A DNA stretch of 56,777 nt from an uncultured Lachnospiraceae bacterium (GTDB taxonomy: Bacteria; Bacillota; Clostridia; Lachnospirales; Lachnospiraceae): the NCBI GenBank assembly GCA_902797075.1, contig CADBRO010000189.1:1-56777 (forward strand), written 5' to 3'. This document shows, piece after piece, positions 27,732-38,181 of the stretch (position 1 is its first letter; every line of letters starts with the position of its first letter). Position numbers and translations under genes: made by a program. The notes beneath the pieces are model-generated. The model searched no databases, had not been told where the DNA came from, and was given only the letters and a program-made list of their open reading frames with translations.

Positions 27732-28187
27732 ATGATTATACTCTTTTTTGTATTGTGGATGATTCTTAACGGGCGGGTGACGCCGGAGATCGTGATTTTC
27801 GGAATCGCGATATCCGGTGCGGTCGCCGTGTTTGTGCATCAGGTATTCGGTTACGGCCCTGACAACGACATCAGGATTCTCCGCAATCTGCCTCTTTATG
27901 TTCTTTACGTGCTGACGCTTATAAAAGAAATAATTCTCGCGTCCTTTGCGGTGATATCCGTGGCGCTGTCCGGCGACAGAAAGCCGGATCCGGAAATTGT
28001 GGAGTTTCATTCGGGACTTGAATCAGGTTTCCACAATGTCCTTCTCGCCAATTCCATCACACTGACGCCGGGAACCTTTACCTTGTTTCAGAAGGGTGAT
28101 TACTTTATGGTTCACTGCCTTCGGAAGGAATACGCAGAAGGTCTGGAGAATTCCTCTTTTATCAGGCTGCTTGAGAAAATGAAATGA
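27732..28187 (+). CDS. mnhE: Na+/H+ antiporter subunit E
   Basis: LLANSITLTPGT signature; ATG 27732 (ORF track 27711). Confidence 0.9.
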   Translation: MIILFFVLWMILNGRVTPEIVIFGIAISGAVAVFVHQVFGYGPDNDIRILRNLPLYVLYVLTLIKEIILASFAVISVALSGDRKPDPEIVEFHSGLESGFHNVLLANSITLTPGTFTLFQKGDYFMVHCLRKEYAEGLENSSFIRLLEKMK

Positions 28188-28206
28188 TTTCGGGGGAGAT
28201 ACGGAT

Positions 28207-28578
28207 ATGAGTTTGGACTTTGCGTATCAGATTCTTTATACTGCAGCGCTCATAGTGCTGGCGGTGCTGATCGGCATCATGTTGGTAAGGGCGATCATCG
28301 GCCCGAGAATCACGGACCGGATACTTTCGATCAACATGCTCGGAACGATGGTGATCTGTTCCATCGCGATTCTCTCGCAGATGCTGAAGGAGAGCTATCT
28401 GGTGGACGTTGCCCTGATCTATGCGATGCTGAGTTTCGTCGCCGTACTCATACTGGCGACAGCCTATCTTCCGGCCAATCCGGAAGAGCCTGTTTCGCCG
28501 GATGCGGAACATGAAAAGGACAGTAATGCGCGGGGCGTCAGGAACAGAAGAGACGGTGACGGGAGGCGGAACAGATGA
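28207..28578 (+). CDS. mnhF: Monovalent cation/H+ antiporter subunit F
   Basis: RAIIGPRITDRI..N, YLVDVALIYAMLSFV. Confidence 0.9.
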   Translation: MSLDFAYQILYTAALIVLAVLIGIMLVRAIIGPRITDRILSINMLGTMVICSIAILSQMLKESYLVDVALIYAMLSFVAVLILATAYLPANPEEPVSPDAEHEKDSNARGVRNRRDGDGRRNR

Positions 28579-28928
28579 TGGAATGGATCAGGTTTGCCGT
28601 TGTCGCCATTTTCCTGATTGCTGCGCTTTGCGGCTTTATTTCTGCGGTGACCGGCGTTTACCGTTTCGGCTTTATTATGAACAGGATGCATGCCGCGGGA
28701 ATCGGCGACACGTTTGGACTTTTCTTTGTGATCGCCGCCATGATTACGGCGGCGGGACCCGGTTTTGACGCGCTGAAGCTTCTGCTTCTGATCTTTTTTA
28801 TGTGGTTCACGTCACCGGTTTCGACCCACTTTCTCGGTCAGGTGGAGTACTATTCCAATCTTCATCTGTATCGCTATGTGCAGAAAAAGGAAGGAGGAGA
28901 TGAAGAACATGACAGCGACGCTCGGTGA
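28575..28928 (+). CDS. mnhG: Monovalent cation/H+ antiporter subunit G
   Basis: GVYRF..NRMHAAGIGDTFG, TSPVSTH. Confidence 0.9.
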   Translation: MMEWIRFAVVAIFLIAALCGFISAVTGVYRFGFIMNRMHAAGIGDTFGLFFVIAAMITAAGPGFDALKLLLLIFFMWFTSPVSTHFLGQVEYYSNLHLYRYVQKKEGGDEEHDSDAR

Positions 28929-29199
28929 AATTCTGAAGATTATTCTCCTTGTCCTTCTTATCGTATGCGCCGTCAGCGTCAATTTTACAAAGACGCTGCT
29001 TCAGGCTGTTATCATTTTCATGTCTTACAGCTCGGTTATGTGCATTCTGTGGATTCTGATGGAATCTCCGGATCTTGCGATTACGGAGGCGGCGGTCGGA
29101 GCAGGAATCAGCGGCACGCTGTTTCTCATGACACTCCGAAGAATCGAGGCGGAGAATATGAGACGGCGTGAAACGGAAGACCCGGGGCAGGAGGAATGA
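28900..29199 (+). CDS. DUF4040/MbhD-like small antiporter subunit (MrpA C-terminal-like)
   Basis: SPDLAITEAAVGAG signature; start 28900 or 28909. Confidence 0.85.
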   Translation: MKNMTATLGEILKIILLVLLIVCAVSVNFTKTLLQAVIIFMSYSSVMCILWILMESPDLAITEAAVGAGISGTLFLMTLRRIEAENMRRRETEDPGQEE

Positions 29200-30146
29200 A
29201 CATGAACGAGAAATTCAGGAAATGGCTCGAGGGAGAAGGGGATCTTCTCGAGCATGTTTCCGATACGGAAGAGAAGCCCTACAGCTCCCGCGAGGAGATT
29301 AAGCACGAGGTCAAAAGGATCAATGACCGCGTGGGAGTGATGAGCCAGGGCAGACATCTGATCCGGGCGGAACGGAGGGGGTTCTACGCCCTTTACAGAA
29401 TCGTAGCGGTTGTCAGCTGCGTCTTCCTGATCGGAGTGCTTCTCTTTACGATTGCGAATCTTCCGCGGTACGGAGAGGAGAATCCGAGGGCGACGGAGGT
29501 CACAAGGCGATATGTGGAAAAAGGAATTGAGGAAACCGGAGCGGTCAATATCGTATCCGGTATGATTCTTGACTACAGGGCATTCGATACTCTCGGGGAG
29601 TCCCACGTTCTCTTTACGGCGCTGATCTGCGTCATGATCCTTCTTCGGATGGACAAAAAGAATATGCGTCACGGATACGAGGATTTCTACACGATACGGG
29701 ATGAAAAGTATTTCGACATATCCAGGGACTCCATCATGAGAACAGTCGGCCTTATCCTGATACCCTGTATCTTTCTCTACGGAATCTATGTTCTGCTGAA
29801 CGGACAGAATTCTCCCGGCGGAGGCTTCTCCGGCGGTGCGGTCATGGGCGCAGGGCTGATTATATTCGCGTCGTCTTTCGGATTCAAATCAGTCGACAGA
29901 GTTCTTCCCGGAAGGCGGATCAGTTTTATAACTCTGGCAGCCCTTTCCTTCTACAGCTTCGCGAAGGGATATGTCTTTTTTACCGGCGCGAACGGGATTC
30001 CGAACCATATTCCGAAGGGCGTTCCTGGCGCTATCCTGAGCGGCGGCCTGATTCTCCCGCTGGATATCGCGGTGGGAATCGTCGTCTGCTGCACGATGTA
30101 TGGGTTTTACAGTCTGTTTAAGAGAGGAAATAACGGAAGTGATTGA
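29196..30146 (+). CDS. mnhB: MnhB-domain antiporter subunit (MbhE+MbhF-like fusion)
   Basis: NIVSGMILDYRAFDTLGE and NGQNSPGGGFSGG motifs. Confidence 0.85.
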   Translation: MNMNEKFRKWLEGEGDLLEHVSDTEEKPYSSREEIKHEVKRINDRVGVMSQGRHLIRAERRGFYALYRIVAVVSCVFLIGVLLFTIANLPRYGEENPRATEVTRRYVEKGIEETGAVNIVSGMILDYRAFDTLGESHVLFTALICVMILLRMDKKNMRHGYEDFYTIRDEKYFDISRDSIMRTVGLILIPCIFLYGIYVLLNGQNSPGGGFSGGAVMGAGLIIFASSFGFKSVDRVLPGRRISFITLAALSFYSFAKGYVFFTGANGIPNHIPKGVPGAILSGGLILPLDIAVGIVVCCTMYGFYSLFKRGNNGSD

Positions 30147-30519
30147 GACTCTGCTGACAAATTATGAAGAAGCGGCCGCCGTTATTTTATTCGGGATCGG
30201 CTTTACGACACTGCTGTTTCAGCGAAATCTGATAAAGAAGCTGATCGGCATGAATATCATGGACACCGGAACCTTCCTGTTCCTTGCCTCGATGGGGTAT
30301 ATCCGCGACCGGAAGGCGCCGATTATAACCGATGGGATCACGGATGTGTCCGCGTATATCAATCCGGTTCCCGCCGGACTCGTCCTTACCGGAATCGTTG
30401 TCTCGGTTTCGGTGACGGCGATCATGCTGTCATTAAGCGTCAGGCTGTACCGGCGCTATCATACGCTGGATCTTGACGATATTTATATTCTGTCAAAACA
30501 TCAGACGGAGGACAGATAA
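30139..30519 (+). CDS. mnhC: Cation:proton antiporter subunit C
   Basis: NLIKKLIGMNI, NPVPAGLVLTGIVV; GTG 30139 after GAGG. Confidence 0.9.
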   Translation: MIETLLTNYEEAAAVILFGIGFTTLLFQRNLIKKLIGMNIMDTGTFLFLASMGYIRDRKAPIITDGITDVSAYINPVPAGLVLTGIVVSVSVTAIMLSLSVRLYRRYHTLDLDDIYILSKHQTEDR

Positions 30520-32016
30520 GTGGACTTTATCTGGAATTTTCCTTTATTTACGATTGTGCTGAGCCTCTTCAGCGGCGTCCTGTGCATGGTCCTGAAGCGG
30601 CGTACGGCCAGAACCTATACGATGATCTTCGAGCTCATCCTCATCTGCATGACAGGCGCGGTTCTGTTTTACACGATCAGGATGGACGGATCATTTACCT
30701 ATCCGATGGGCGAGTTTCCCGCCCCGTGGGGAAATGAGATCCGGGCCGGAATCCTTGAATCGATGATTGCGCTTCTATTTCTTATCGTCATGTTCTGTTC
30801 GGTACTGTCCGGGAGGAAGTTCCTTGAACTCGATATCGATGAGAGCAAGCAGAATCTCTATTATACGCTGATTAATCTGATGACCGCCGCGCTCATGGCG
30901 ATGACCTGGACAAACGATATCTTCACCGGATATGTATTTCTTGAGATCCTCACTCTGACGAGCTGCGGACTGCTGATCGTCCGTGAGATCGGGCGGACCA
31001 CGCTTGCCGCTGTCCGCTATATGATTATGAATCTTCTCGGTTCGGGCCTTTTCCTTCTCGGCGTGGTACTGCTTTACGACGTCACCGGCCATCTGCTGAT
31101 GGTGCCGATGCATGAAGAGATAAGCGTGCTCGCATCGGATCCTGCGGCGATGACGGTAATCAACATGGCGATCGGCATCCTGACCATCGGTCTGTCGATC
31201 AAGAGCGGACTCTTTCCGTTTCATTACTGGATGCCGGATACATACGGCTGGGCTACCCCTACCTCGGGATCGGTTCTGTCGGCTCTGGTTTCAAAATGTT
31301 ATATCTTCCTTCTGATTAAGATTTATCTGAGGGTTGTCGGACTTCCGATTTTCGCAGGGATGCCGATCAGGAACATTCTCCTTGTTCTCGGCATGTGCGG
31401 AATCGTCATGGGATCCGTATCGGCGCTTCACGCCGATAACATCAACCGGATGGTGGCGTTCTCATCCGCCGCCCAGATCGGCTACATCTATATGGGAATC
31501 GGACTTGCGACAGAAGCCGGGTTTACCGCCGCGGTGTTCCAGATCATGGCCCACGCGGTGACGAAGTCCATGCTGTTTCTCACGACTCCCAGACTTGCGG
31601 CCGTTTCCGGCGACAGCCTGAAATTCAGAAATCTGCAGGGCAGCGCGCTTCGCGACAGAAGCGCGGGCGTATCGTTCTGTATCGGTGCGTTCTCCATGAT
31701 CGGAATTCCCATATTCGCGGGATTTTCCGCAAAACTTCAGTTTGCGACCGCGGCAGTGTATTCCGGAAGCAGCGTAAAGCTGGTTCTTGTGATGCTGGTT
31801 CTGGCAATCAGTTCGCTTCTCAATGCGCTGTACTTCATCAGGACGATTATCCGTATCTACAGTCCCGCGGAGGACGAGGAACAGAGATGGCCGGTGAGAG
31901 GCAGAATTAATTACAATATCCCGATGGCGGTCCTTACTGCGGCCAATCTGATGCTGGGACTTTTCTCCTGGGTAATCGCAGACCTCATCGAGCGCGGTTT
32001 CGCTTCATTTGTGTGA
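30520..32016 (+). CDS. mnhD: MrpD/NuoN-like proton-translocating subunit (copy 1)
   Basis: DIFTGYVFLEI, IKSGLFPFHYWMP, RMVAFSSAAQIGYI, GIPIFAGFSAK. Confidence 0.85.
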   Translation: MDFIWNFPLFTIVLSLFSGVLCMVLKRRTARTYTMIFELILICMTGAVLFYTIRMDGSFTYPMGEFPAPWGNEIRAGILESMIALLFLIVMFCSVLSGRKFLELDIDESKQNLYYTLINLMTAALMAMTWTNDIFTGYVFLEILTLTSCGLLIVREIGRTTLAAVRYMIMNLLGSGLFLLGVVLLYDVTGHLLMVPMHEEISVLASDPAAMTVINMAIGILTIGLSIKSGLFPFHYWMPDTYGWATPTSGSVLSALVSKCYIFLLIKIYLRVVGLPIFAGMPIRNILLVLGMCGIVMGSVSALHADNINRMVAFSSAAQIGYIYMGIGLATEAGFTAAVFQIMAHAVTKSMLFLTTPRLAAVSGDSLKFRNLQGSALRDRSAGVSFCIGAFSMIGIPIFAGFSAKLQFATAAVYSGSSVKLVLVMLVLAISSLLNALYFIRTIIRIYSPAEDEEQRWPVRGRINYNIPMAVLTAANLMLGLFSWVIADLIERGFASFV

Positions 32017-32059
32017 CGGCAGATAGAATTCTAAATATGACATTGAAAGAGGAAACAGC

Positions 32060-33514
32060 ATGCTTCTGATTCTTTCCATCTTATTTCCGGCTGCAGCCGG
32101 AATCGCGGAATATTTTATGAAAATGTCTCCCCGCAGCCGCAGGGTCTTCCTTGCTGCAGCGGTTCTTCTTACAGATCTTCTTGTAGTTTTGGCAGCGGTC
32201 CGCGGCGGCGATGTGACGGCCGTGACATTTTCAAAGCAGGTATCCATAGCGTTTTCACCCGACGGCCTCGGAAGAATATTCCTTCTGGCGGCCTGCGTCC
32301 TCTATACGGCAGTTTTGTTCTATGCCTTTGATTATATGAAGCACGAAGAGGACGAAGAGCGTTTCTTCACCTTTTACATGATTTCTTTCGGAGCGCTGAT
32401 CGCGGTGGCATTGTCTTCAAATCTGATCACGATGTATCTCTGCTTTGAGACTCTGACGCTGACGACGGTTCCGCTGGTTCTTCACGAGATGACCAAAGCC
32501 GCCGTCGACGCCGGCCTTAAGTATCTGTTTTACTCCATCGGCGGAGCGCTTCTTGGACTTCTGGCTATTTTCATCGTCTATTATTACGCGGCGGATCCGT
32601 CGGCATTCGTAATGGGCGGATTCCTCGATCCGGCAAAATGTGCGGGTCACGAGAAGATACTTCTTGCCGCGGCGATGGCGGGAATTATCGGCTTCGGGAC
32701 GAAGGCGGGCCTTTACCCGATGCACGGCTGGCTGCCTGCAGCGCATCCGATCGCACCCGCACCGGGCTCAGCGCTGCTTTCCGGAATCATCGCAAAAGCA
32801 GGCGTCATCACCGTCATCCGGCTGATTTATTATTCCTTCGGAGCGGATATGATCCGGGGAACCTGGGTCCAGACGGTATGGATGTCGCTTGCGATGCTTA
32901 CGGTCTTTATGGGCTCCATGATGGCGTACAGGGAGAAAATCCTTAAAAAACGGCTCGCTTATTCGACCGTCAGCCAGATCTCCTATATCATGCTGGGTCT
33001 TTCTTTCCTTACGGATGACGGGCTCCGGGGCGGCCTGATCCATATGCTTGGCCATGTGGCGGCGAAGGGATGCCTGTTCCTTACAGCCGGAGTCTTTATC
33101 GTTAAGCTCGGAATCCGGGATGTCAGGGATCTGAAAGGAGTCGGGAAGAAGCTGCCGGCAACGCTGACCTGCCTTACCGTCGCGGCGCTTTCCCTTGTCG
33201 GTATTCCGCCTTTCGCCGGCTTTTTGAGCAAATGGGTCATAGCCGAGACTGCTGTCGGAAGCGGCAGGCCGTTTTTCAGTATTGCTGCGCCGGCGGTGCT
33301 CCTCATATCGGCACTTCTTACGGCGGGATATCTTCTTACGCTCACCGTCGAAGGATTCTTCCCGGGGAAGCAGGCGGAGGCGGAGATGAATTCATCCGGA
33401 GAAGCGGCTGTGAAGGAACCGCTTCTTATGATTGTTCCCATGGCTGCGCTCTGCGTTATCACGCTTCTTGTGGGACTTTTCGGAAACAGTATCACCGGCT
33501 TTTTCGGATTTTGA
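32060..33514 (+). CDS. MrpD/complex I antiporter-like subunit (copy 2)
   Basis: LCFETLTL, KAGLYPMHGWLPAAHPIAP, KKRLAYSTVSQ, GIPPFAGFLSK. Confidence 0.85.
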   Translation: MLLILSILFPAAAGIAEYFMKMSPRSRRVFLAAAVLLTDLLVVLAAVRGGDVTAVTFSKQVSIAFSPDGLGRIFLLAACVLYTAVLFYAFDYMKHEEDEERFFTFYMISFGALIAVALSSNLITMYLCFETLTLTTVPLVLHEMTKAAVDAGLKYLFYSIGGALLGLLAIFIVYYYAADPSAFVMGGFLDPAKCAGHEKILLAAAMAGIIGFGTKAGLYPMHGWLPAAHPIAPAPGSALLSGIIAKAGVITVIRLIYYSFGADMIRGTWVQTVWMSLAMLTVFMGSMMAYREKILKKRLAYSTVSQISYIMLGLSFLTDDGLRGGLIHMLGHVAAKGCLFLTAGVFIVKLGIRDVRDLKGVGKKLPATLTCLTVAALSLVGIPPFAGFLSKWVIAETAVGSGRPFFSIAAPAVLLISALLTAGYLLTLTVEGFFPGKQAEAEMNSSGEAAVKEPLLMIVPMAALCVITLLVGLFGNSITGFFGF

Positions 33515-33530
33515 GTGAGGAGGCATCGGT

Positions 33531-35000
33531 TTGAATCCGCTTATTCTGTTAGTTCCGATTTTACTGCCGGTTATCGGCGGCTTTCTGATCATACCGGCTT
33601 CCTTTAAGGACGCGAAGAAGCGCGCGTATTACGCGGAGGCGGTCGTTGTCCTTACGTCTGTCTTTGTCTGGCTCGCGCTTCTTCGCGTCTCCCGCGATCC
33701 TGTCACCGTGTACAGCTTCACGAGCGGTTTTTCCATCACGTTCCGCATTGACGGAATGTCCATGCTGTTTGCGGGAATGATTTCCGTCATGTGGCCGCTT
33801 GTCATGCTGTATGCATTTGAATATATGAAAGAGTCGAAGAGACAGAACGGTTTTTTCGCTTTCTACGTGATGACTTACGGTATCACGCTTGGGATCGCGT
33901 TCTCCGCGGACATGATCACGCTTTATCTGTTTTATGAGATGCTGTCGCTGGTCACGATCCCGCTTGTTACGCATTACGGCAACCACGAGAGCCAGTACGC
34001 GGGCCGCAAATACGCCGCCTACACCATAGGCGGAGCGTCCCTTGCGTTCTTTGCGGTTGTCATGACGACTCTTTACGGCGACGCGGGAACATTTATCTTC
34101 GGGGGAAGCCTGCATGAAGGTTTCAACACCCGGCTTATGATGTTCGCGTTTATTCTCGGATTTTTCGGTTTCGGCACAAAATCCGCCGTCTTTCCCCTGT
34201 TCGACTGGCTGCCGACTGCTTCTGCCGCGCCGACACCGGTCACAGCCCTGCTTCACGCGGTGGCAGTGGTTAATTCCGGTATTTTCGCGGTGACCCGGAT
34301 GACCTATTACGTGTTCGGGACGGAGATGCTCCGGGGAACGTCCATCCAGTACATCTGCATGATGACGGCTGCTTTTTCCCTTCTGTTCGCCGCGGTGATG
34401 GCCGTCAGGGAAAAGCATTTCAAGAGGCGGCTTGCGTTTTCCACGATGAGCAATCTTTCGTACATGCTGTTTTCCGTCATGCTTCTTACGCCGGAGGGGA
34501 TGACGGGCGGGCTTCTCCACATGCTCATTCACGGAGTCATCAAGATGATGCTGTTCCTCTGTGCCGGCGCTTTTATGCATGTAACGGGGAACAATTATGT
34601 CTATGAGATCGACGGCGTCGGGAAACGCATGCCGGTAACATTTTCAATTTATACGCTGGCGTCGCTGTCGCTCATCGGAATACCGATGTTCTCCGGTTTT
34701 ATTTCAAAATGGCACATGGTCATGGCCGCAATCGGAGAAGGATCCGCATGGGGAACAGCCGGCGCGGCGGCTCTGATCATCTCTGCGTTTATCTGCGCGG
34801 TTTACTGTCTTACGGTGAGCGCCAGGGCGTTTTTCCCAATGGCCGGAAAAGACCGGTATGCGGGAAATGGCGGTATTCGTGAAGCGGGGGTGCTCATGCT
34901 GGTTCCGATCGTATTTTTCTGTGTCGTTGATATCTGTATCGGCGTTCATCCCGGCCCGATCGTAGATTTCGTCAGCCGGATAGCAGGAGGTATATTGTAA
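33531..35000 (+). CDS. MrpD/complex I antiporter-like subunit (copy 3)
   Basis: LFYEMLS, KSAVFPLFDWLP..APTPVTALLHAVAVV, KRRLAFST, GFISKW; TTG start after GAGGAGG. Confidence 0.85.
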   Translation: MNPLILLVPILLPVIGGFLIIPASFKDAKKRAYYAEAVVVLTSVFVWLALLRVSRDPVTVYSFTSGFSITFRIDGMSMLFAGMISVMWPLVMLYAFEYMKESKRQNGFFAFYVMTYGITLGIAFSADMITLYLFYEMLSLVTIPLVTHYGNHESQYAGRKYAAYTIGGASLAFFAVVMTTLYGDAGTFIFGGSLHEGFNTRLMMFAFILGFFGFGTKSAVFPLFDWLPTASAAPTPVTALLHAVAVVNSGIFAVTRMTYYVFGTEMLRGTSIQYICMMTAAFSLLFAAVMAVREKHFKRRLAFSTMSNLSYMLFSVMLLTPEGMTGGLLHMLIHGVIKMMLFLCAGAFMHVTGNNYVYEIDGVGKRMPVTFSIYTLASLSLIGIPMFSGFISKWHMVMAAIGEGSAWGTAGAAALIISAFICAVYCLTVSARAFFPMAGKDRYAGNGGIREAGVLMLVPIVFFCVVDICIGVHPGPIVDFVSRIAGGIL

Positions 35001-35003
35001 GCG

Positions 35004-37025
35004 ATGTTGATTCCTTTTGTTGTATTCTTTCCTTTCTTCGGAGCTGTGCTCACGGCCCTCATCGGACGGAAGAACGAAAGGGCGGGAGACTGTCTTGCGG
35101 CAGCGGTCTGCGCGGCTGAATTTCTGCCCGCCATCCTTTTGCTTTTCCGGGGAGGGGAATTCCGGATCGGCGGCATTATGGCGTACGGCATCAGCTTTAC
35201 GACGGACGGCTTCCGGTGCGTCTACGCGGTCATCGCTGCATTTATGTGGCTGTTTACCACTTTATTCGGACTTGAATATTTCAAGGAGGAGAGAGAGCAC
35301 CTGATCCGCTGGTGGTTCTTTGTGCTTTTGACGCTTGGAGCTACAGAAGGCGTTATGCTGTCGGCGGATCTTATGACGACGTTTCTTTTCTTTGAAATTC
35401 TCTCGTTCACTTCATTTACGTGGGTGATTCATGAGGAGACCCGTGAAGCAATCAGCGCGGGCTATACCTATCTTTTCATCGCAGTGATCGGAGGACTGGT
35501 GCTCTTTATGGGCATGCTGCTTCTAAAGGCAGCCCTTGGAACGCTCAGCTTTGACCTGATGGATACGGCAGTCCGGGAGCGTGGAATTACAAAAGAAGTT
35601 TTCGCCGGAGGCATCTGCGTCCTTTTCGGATTCGGCGCAAAAGCGGGTATGTTCCCGCTCCATATATGGCTGCCGAAAGCGCATCCGGTGGCTCCGTCCC
35701 CGGGGTCCGCGCTTCTTTCCGGAATCCTGACGAAGGTGGGCATTTACGGTATTCTCATGACGACGATGCACGTGTTTTCCAAAAACACGGGGTACGGAAT
35801 GCTGGTGCTTCTGCTGGGGGAGATTACCATGTTCCTCGGAGCTCTGCTTGCTCTGTTTTCCGTCAATCTGAAGCGTACCCTCGCCTGCTCGTCGATGTCC
35901 CAGATCGGATTTATTCTGACCGGCACGGGCATGTATGTGCTGCTTACCGCGGCAGGCTCGGAAGAGGGAGCCGGAACAGCTCTTTCAGGACTTATGCTTC
36001 ACATGGTCAATCATTCCCTGATCAAACTGACGCTCTTCATGGCAGCCGGCGCGGTAGTCATGCGGATCCACTCGCTTACGCTTGACGAAATCCGGGGATA
36101 CGGAAGAAACAAACCGTTCCTGAAAGCCGCCTTCGCGCTCGGAGCCCTGGGAATCAGCGGAGTCCCGCTGTTTAACGGTTATATCAGTAAGACGCTTCTT
36201 CACGAGGGAATCGTGGAGGGGATTCACGAGTGCACCGCATACGCGTCTCTTCTCCGGGTGTCGGAGTGGGTGTTTCTGATTTCCGGCGGCTTCACGTTCG
36301 CCTATATGCTGAAGCTATTTATCTGCCTGTTTGTCGAGAAGAATTCCGACGCTGTGCGGCAGAAAGAATTTGACCGGGAACGCCGGTCCATGAACGTTCT
36401 AAGCTGCGCCGTCGTCTTCGGCTCGTCGCTTCTAATGATTGTTCTTGGCCAGCCGGCCGTTATGAAGAAGCTCGCTGCGTTCATGACGGGAAGTGAGGAA
36501 ATCAGCGAATTCAGTGCCTTTGCCATCGGAAACCTGAAGGGCGGCCTGATCTCTCTTGGAATCGGCGCCGCAGTTTATCTGTTCGCGGTGCGGAACATTT
36601 TCATAAGAAAAGGGTCTTATGTCAACCTGTGGCCGGAGAAGCTCGATCTCGAATTCCTGGTGATGCGGCCTCTGCTTGTTAAAATCCTGCCGGGTATTTT
36701 CGGGACGGTTCTTTCGGTATTCGGTGAAAACAAGCTTCTGATACCGCTGGCGCGCGCCGCCGTATTCCTCGGAACATTTGCGGGAAGGGTCCTCGCGGAC
36801 AGCACGGACGCCGTCATTCTCTTCTTCAGAAAAACCATCTTCAAAGAGCGGAAGGCGGCGGCTCCGAAGACGGATCTTCCGGGATTCTGGTGGACCATCC
36901 GGGAGAGTACCGCGGAGACAATCGGTCTTCTGGCGCAGAATTTTTCCTTTGCGCTGCTTATGACCTGCATCGGAATCCTGCTGATTCTCGGCGGCCTTGT
37001 TTTTATGATGCTTTTTCACTCTTAA
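35004..37025 (+). CDS. MrpD/HyfB-NuoL-like antiporter subunit with C-terminal extension (copy 4)
   Basis: FFEILS, KAGMFPLHIWLPKAHPVAP, KRTLACSSMSQ, NGYISK; about 190 extra residues. Confidence 0.85.
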   Translation: MLIPFVVFFPFFGAVLTALIGRKNERAGDCLAAAVCAAEFLPAILLLFRGGEFRIGGIMAYGISFTTDGFRCVYAVIAAFMWLFTTLFGLEYFKEEREHLIRWWFFVLLTLGATEGVMLSADLMTTFLFFEILSFTSFTWVIHEETREAISAGYTYLFIAVIGGLVLFMGMLLLKAALGTLSFDLMDTAVRERGITKEVFAGGICVLFGFGAKAGMFPLHIWLPKAHPVAPSPGSALLSGILTKVGIYGILMTTMHVFSKNTGYGMLVLLLGEITMFLGALLALFSVNLKRTLACSSMSQIGFILTGTGMYVLLTAAGSEEGAGTALSGLMLHMVNHSLIKLTLFMAAGAVVMRIHSLTLDEIRGYGRNKPFLKAAFALGALGISGVPLFNGYISKTLLHEGIVEGIHECTAYASLLRVSEWVFLISGGFTFAYMLKLFICLFVEKNSDAVRQKEFDRERRSMNVLSCAVVFGSSLLMIVLGQPAVMKKLAAFMTGSEEISEFSAFAIGNLKGGLISLGIGAAVYLFAVRNIFIRKGSYVNLWPEKLDLEFLVMRPLLVKILPGIFGTVLSVFGENKLLIPLARAAVFLGTFAGRVLADSTDAVILFFRKTIFKERKAAAPKTDLPGFWWTIRESTAETIGLLAQNFSFALLMTCIGILLILGGLVFMMLFHS

Positions 37026-37034
37026 GATTCCATG

Positions 37035-37063
37035 TTGCGTCCGGGGAAACACTGTGATAGAAT
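37035..37063 (+). promoter_or_regulatory. sigma-A promoter of LCP-mntP
   Basis: TTGCGT-17 nt-TAGAAT with extended TG. Confidence 0.55.
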
Positions 37064-37110
37064 GCATAGGTCTTTACCCATGGAAAGGATTAATTTTGAG
37101 GTGAAAAACA

Positions 37111-38181
37111 GTGAGTAAAAAGAGAACGAAAAAGAAGATGGGAGCGGGCATGGTCGTGCTGATCGTGCTGCTTGTACTTCTGCTCGCGGCCGCAGCCGTA
37201 CTCGGACTGTTCTTTATGCGCTATTACAGACTTAGCAACTACATGAGTGACAGCGCAATTTCGGCGAAAGCAGCAGAATACATGGCTGGAATTGATCCGT
37301 CCGCTCTTACCGAGAGTACGGGACTTACGGAAAGCGAGCTGGATGAAATTCAGGGCGCGATTGCAACAGATGTGACCGGTTCTGCGGCGAATCTTCCGCT
37401 GAACAGCGGAATCTACAATCTGCTTCTCGTCGGCGTTGACCGCCGCGATACATCCTGGAACGGAAATTCTGATTCCATGATACTTGTATCTCTGAATCAG
37501 AAGACAAAGACAGTGCGTCTGACTTCGTTTATGAGAGATCTCTATGCGGAGATTCCGGGAATCGGCGTGAGAAAGCTGAACAACGCGTATGCAGTCGGAG
37601 GAGGCCCGCTTCTTATCGAGACAATTGAGAAGAATTATCAGGTCAACATTGACAATTATGCAGCGGTCGACTTTGTCGGCATGGCAAAGATTATCGATAT
37701 TCTCGGAGGAGTGACTCTGACGCTTTCGGATTCGGAAGCGGAGACCGCGGACGGGTATATCCGCGACATGTGCGATCTTCAGGGAATTTCACCCGAGGGA
37801 CATCTGTTCGGTTCCGGCGGAACGTTTGAGGCGGACGGCCTGATGGCGGTCGGCTACAGCAGAATCCGCTACGTCGGAAACAGCGATTACGAACGCACGG
37901 AGCGTCAGAGGACGGTCGTGACACAGCTCATGGACAGAGTGAGCAGCATGAATGCGTCGGAGATGAACTCTTTCGCACTGCAGATCCTTCCGCTGGTCAC
38001 GCATAATATTGACAGTCCGACCATGATTTCCCTGCTCATGAAGGTTCCGTCCTATGCCGGATACGATCTCGCCGAAAGCCGCGTGCCGTATGACGGTCTT
38101 TACAGCGTAAGAGGGGAGATCCTTGTTCCGGATATGGCGGAAACCATATCGAAGCTTCACGAAGAAATCTATAACTCATAA
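37111..38181 (+). CDS. LCP (LytR-CpsA-Psr) family cell-wall glycopolymer transferase
   Basis: N-terminal TM anchor; NLLLVGVD, SDSMIL, SFMRD, KLNNAY..GG, YSRIR..DYERTERQR. Confidence 0.92.
   Translation: MSKKRTKKKMGAGMVVLIVLLVLLLAAAAVLGLFFMRYYRLSNYMSDSAISAKAAEYMAGIDPSALTESTGLTESELDEIQGAIATDVTGSAANLPLNSGIYNLLLVGVDRRDTSWNGNSDSMILVSLNQKTKTVRLTSFMRDLYAEIPGIGVRKLNNAYAVGGGPLLIETIEKNYQVNIDNYAAVDFVGMAKIIDILGGVTLTLSDSEAETADGYIRDMCDLQGISPEGHLFGSGGTFEADGLMAVGYSRIRYVGNSDYERTERQRTVVTQLMDRVSSMNASEMNSFALQILPLVTHNIDSPTMISLLMKVPSYAGYDLAESRVPYDGLYSVRGEILVPDMAETISKLHEEIYNS

Noticed and set aside
33561-34580. Long antisense ORFs (also 12853-13776, 26238-27206, 41158-42141, 44854-45834, 48325-49389)
   Set aside because: They lie opposite well-supported genes, as expected from codon bias in GC-rich DNA, and show no family motifs.
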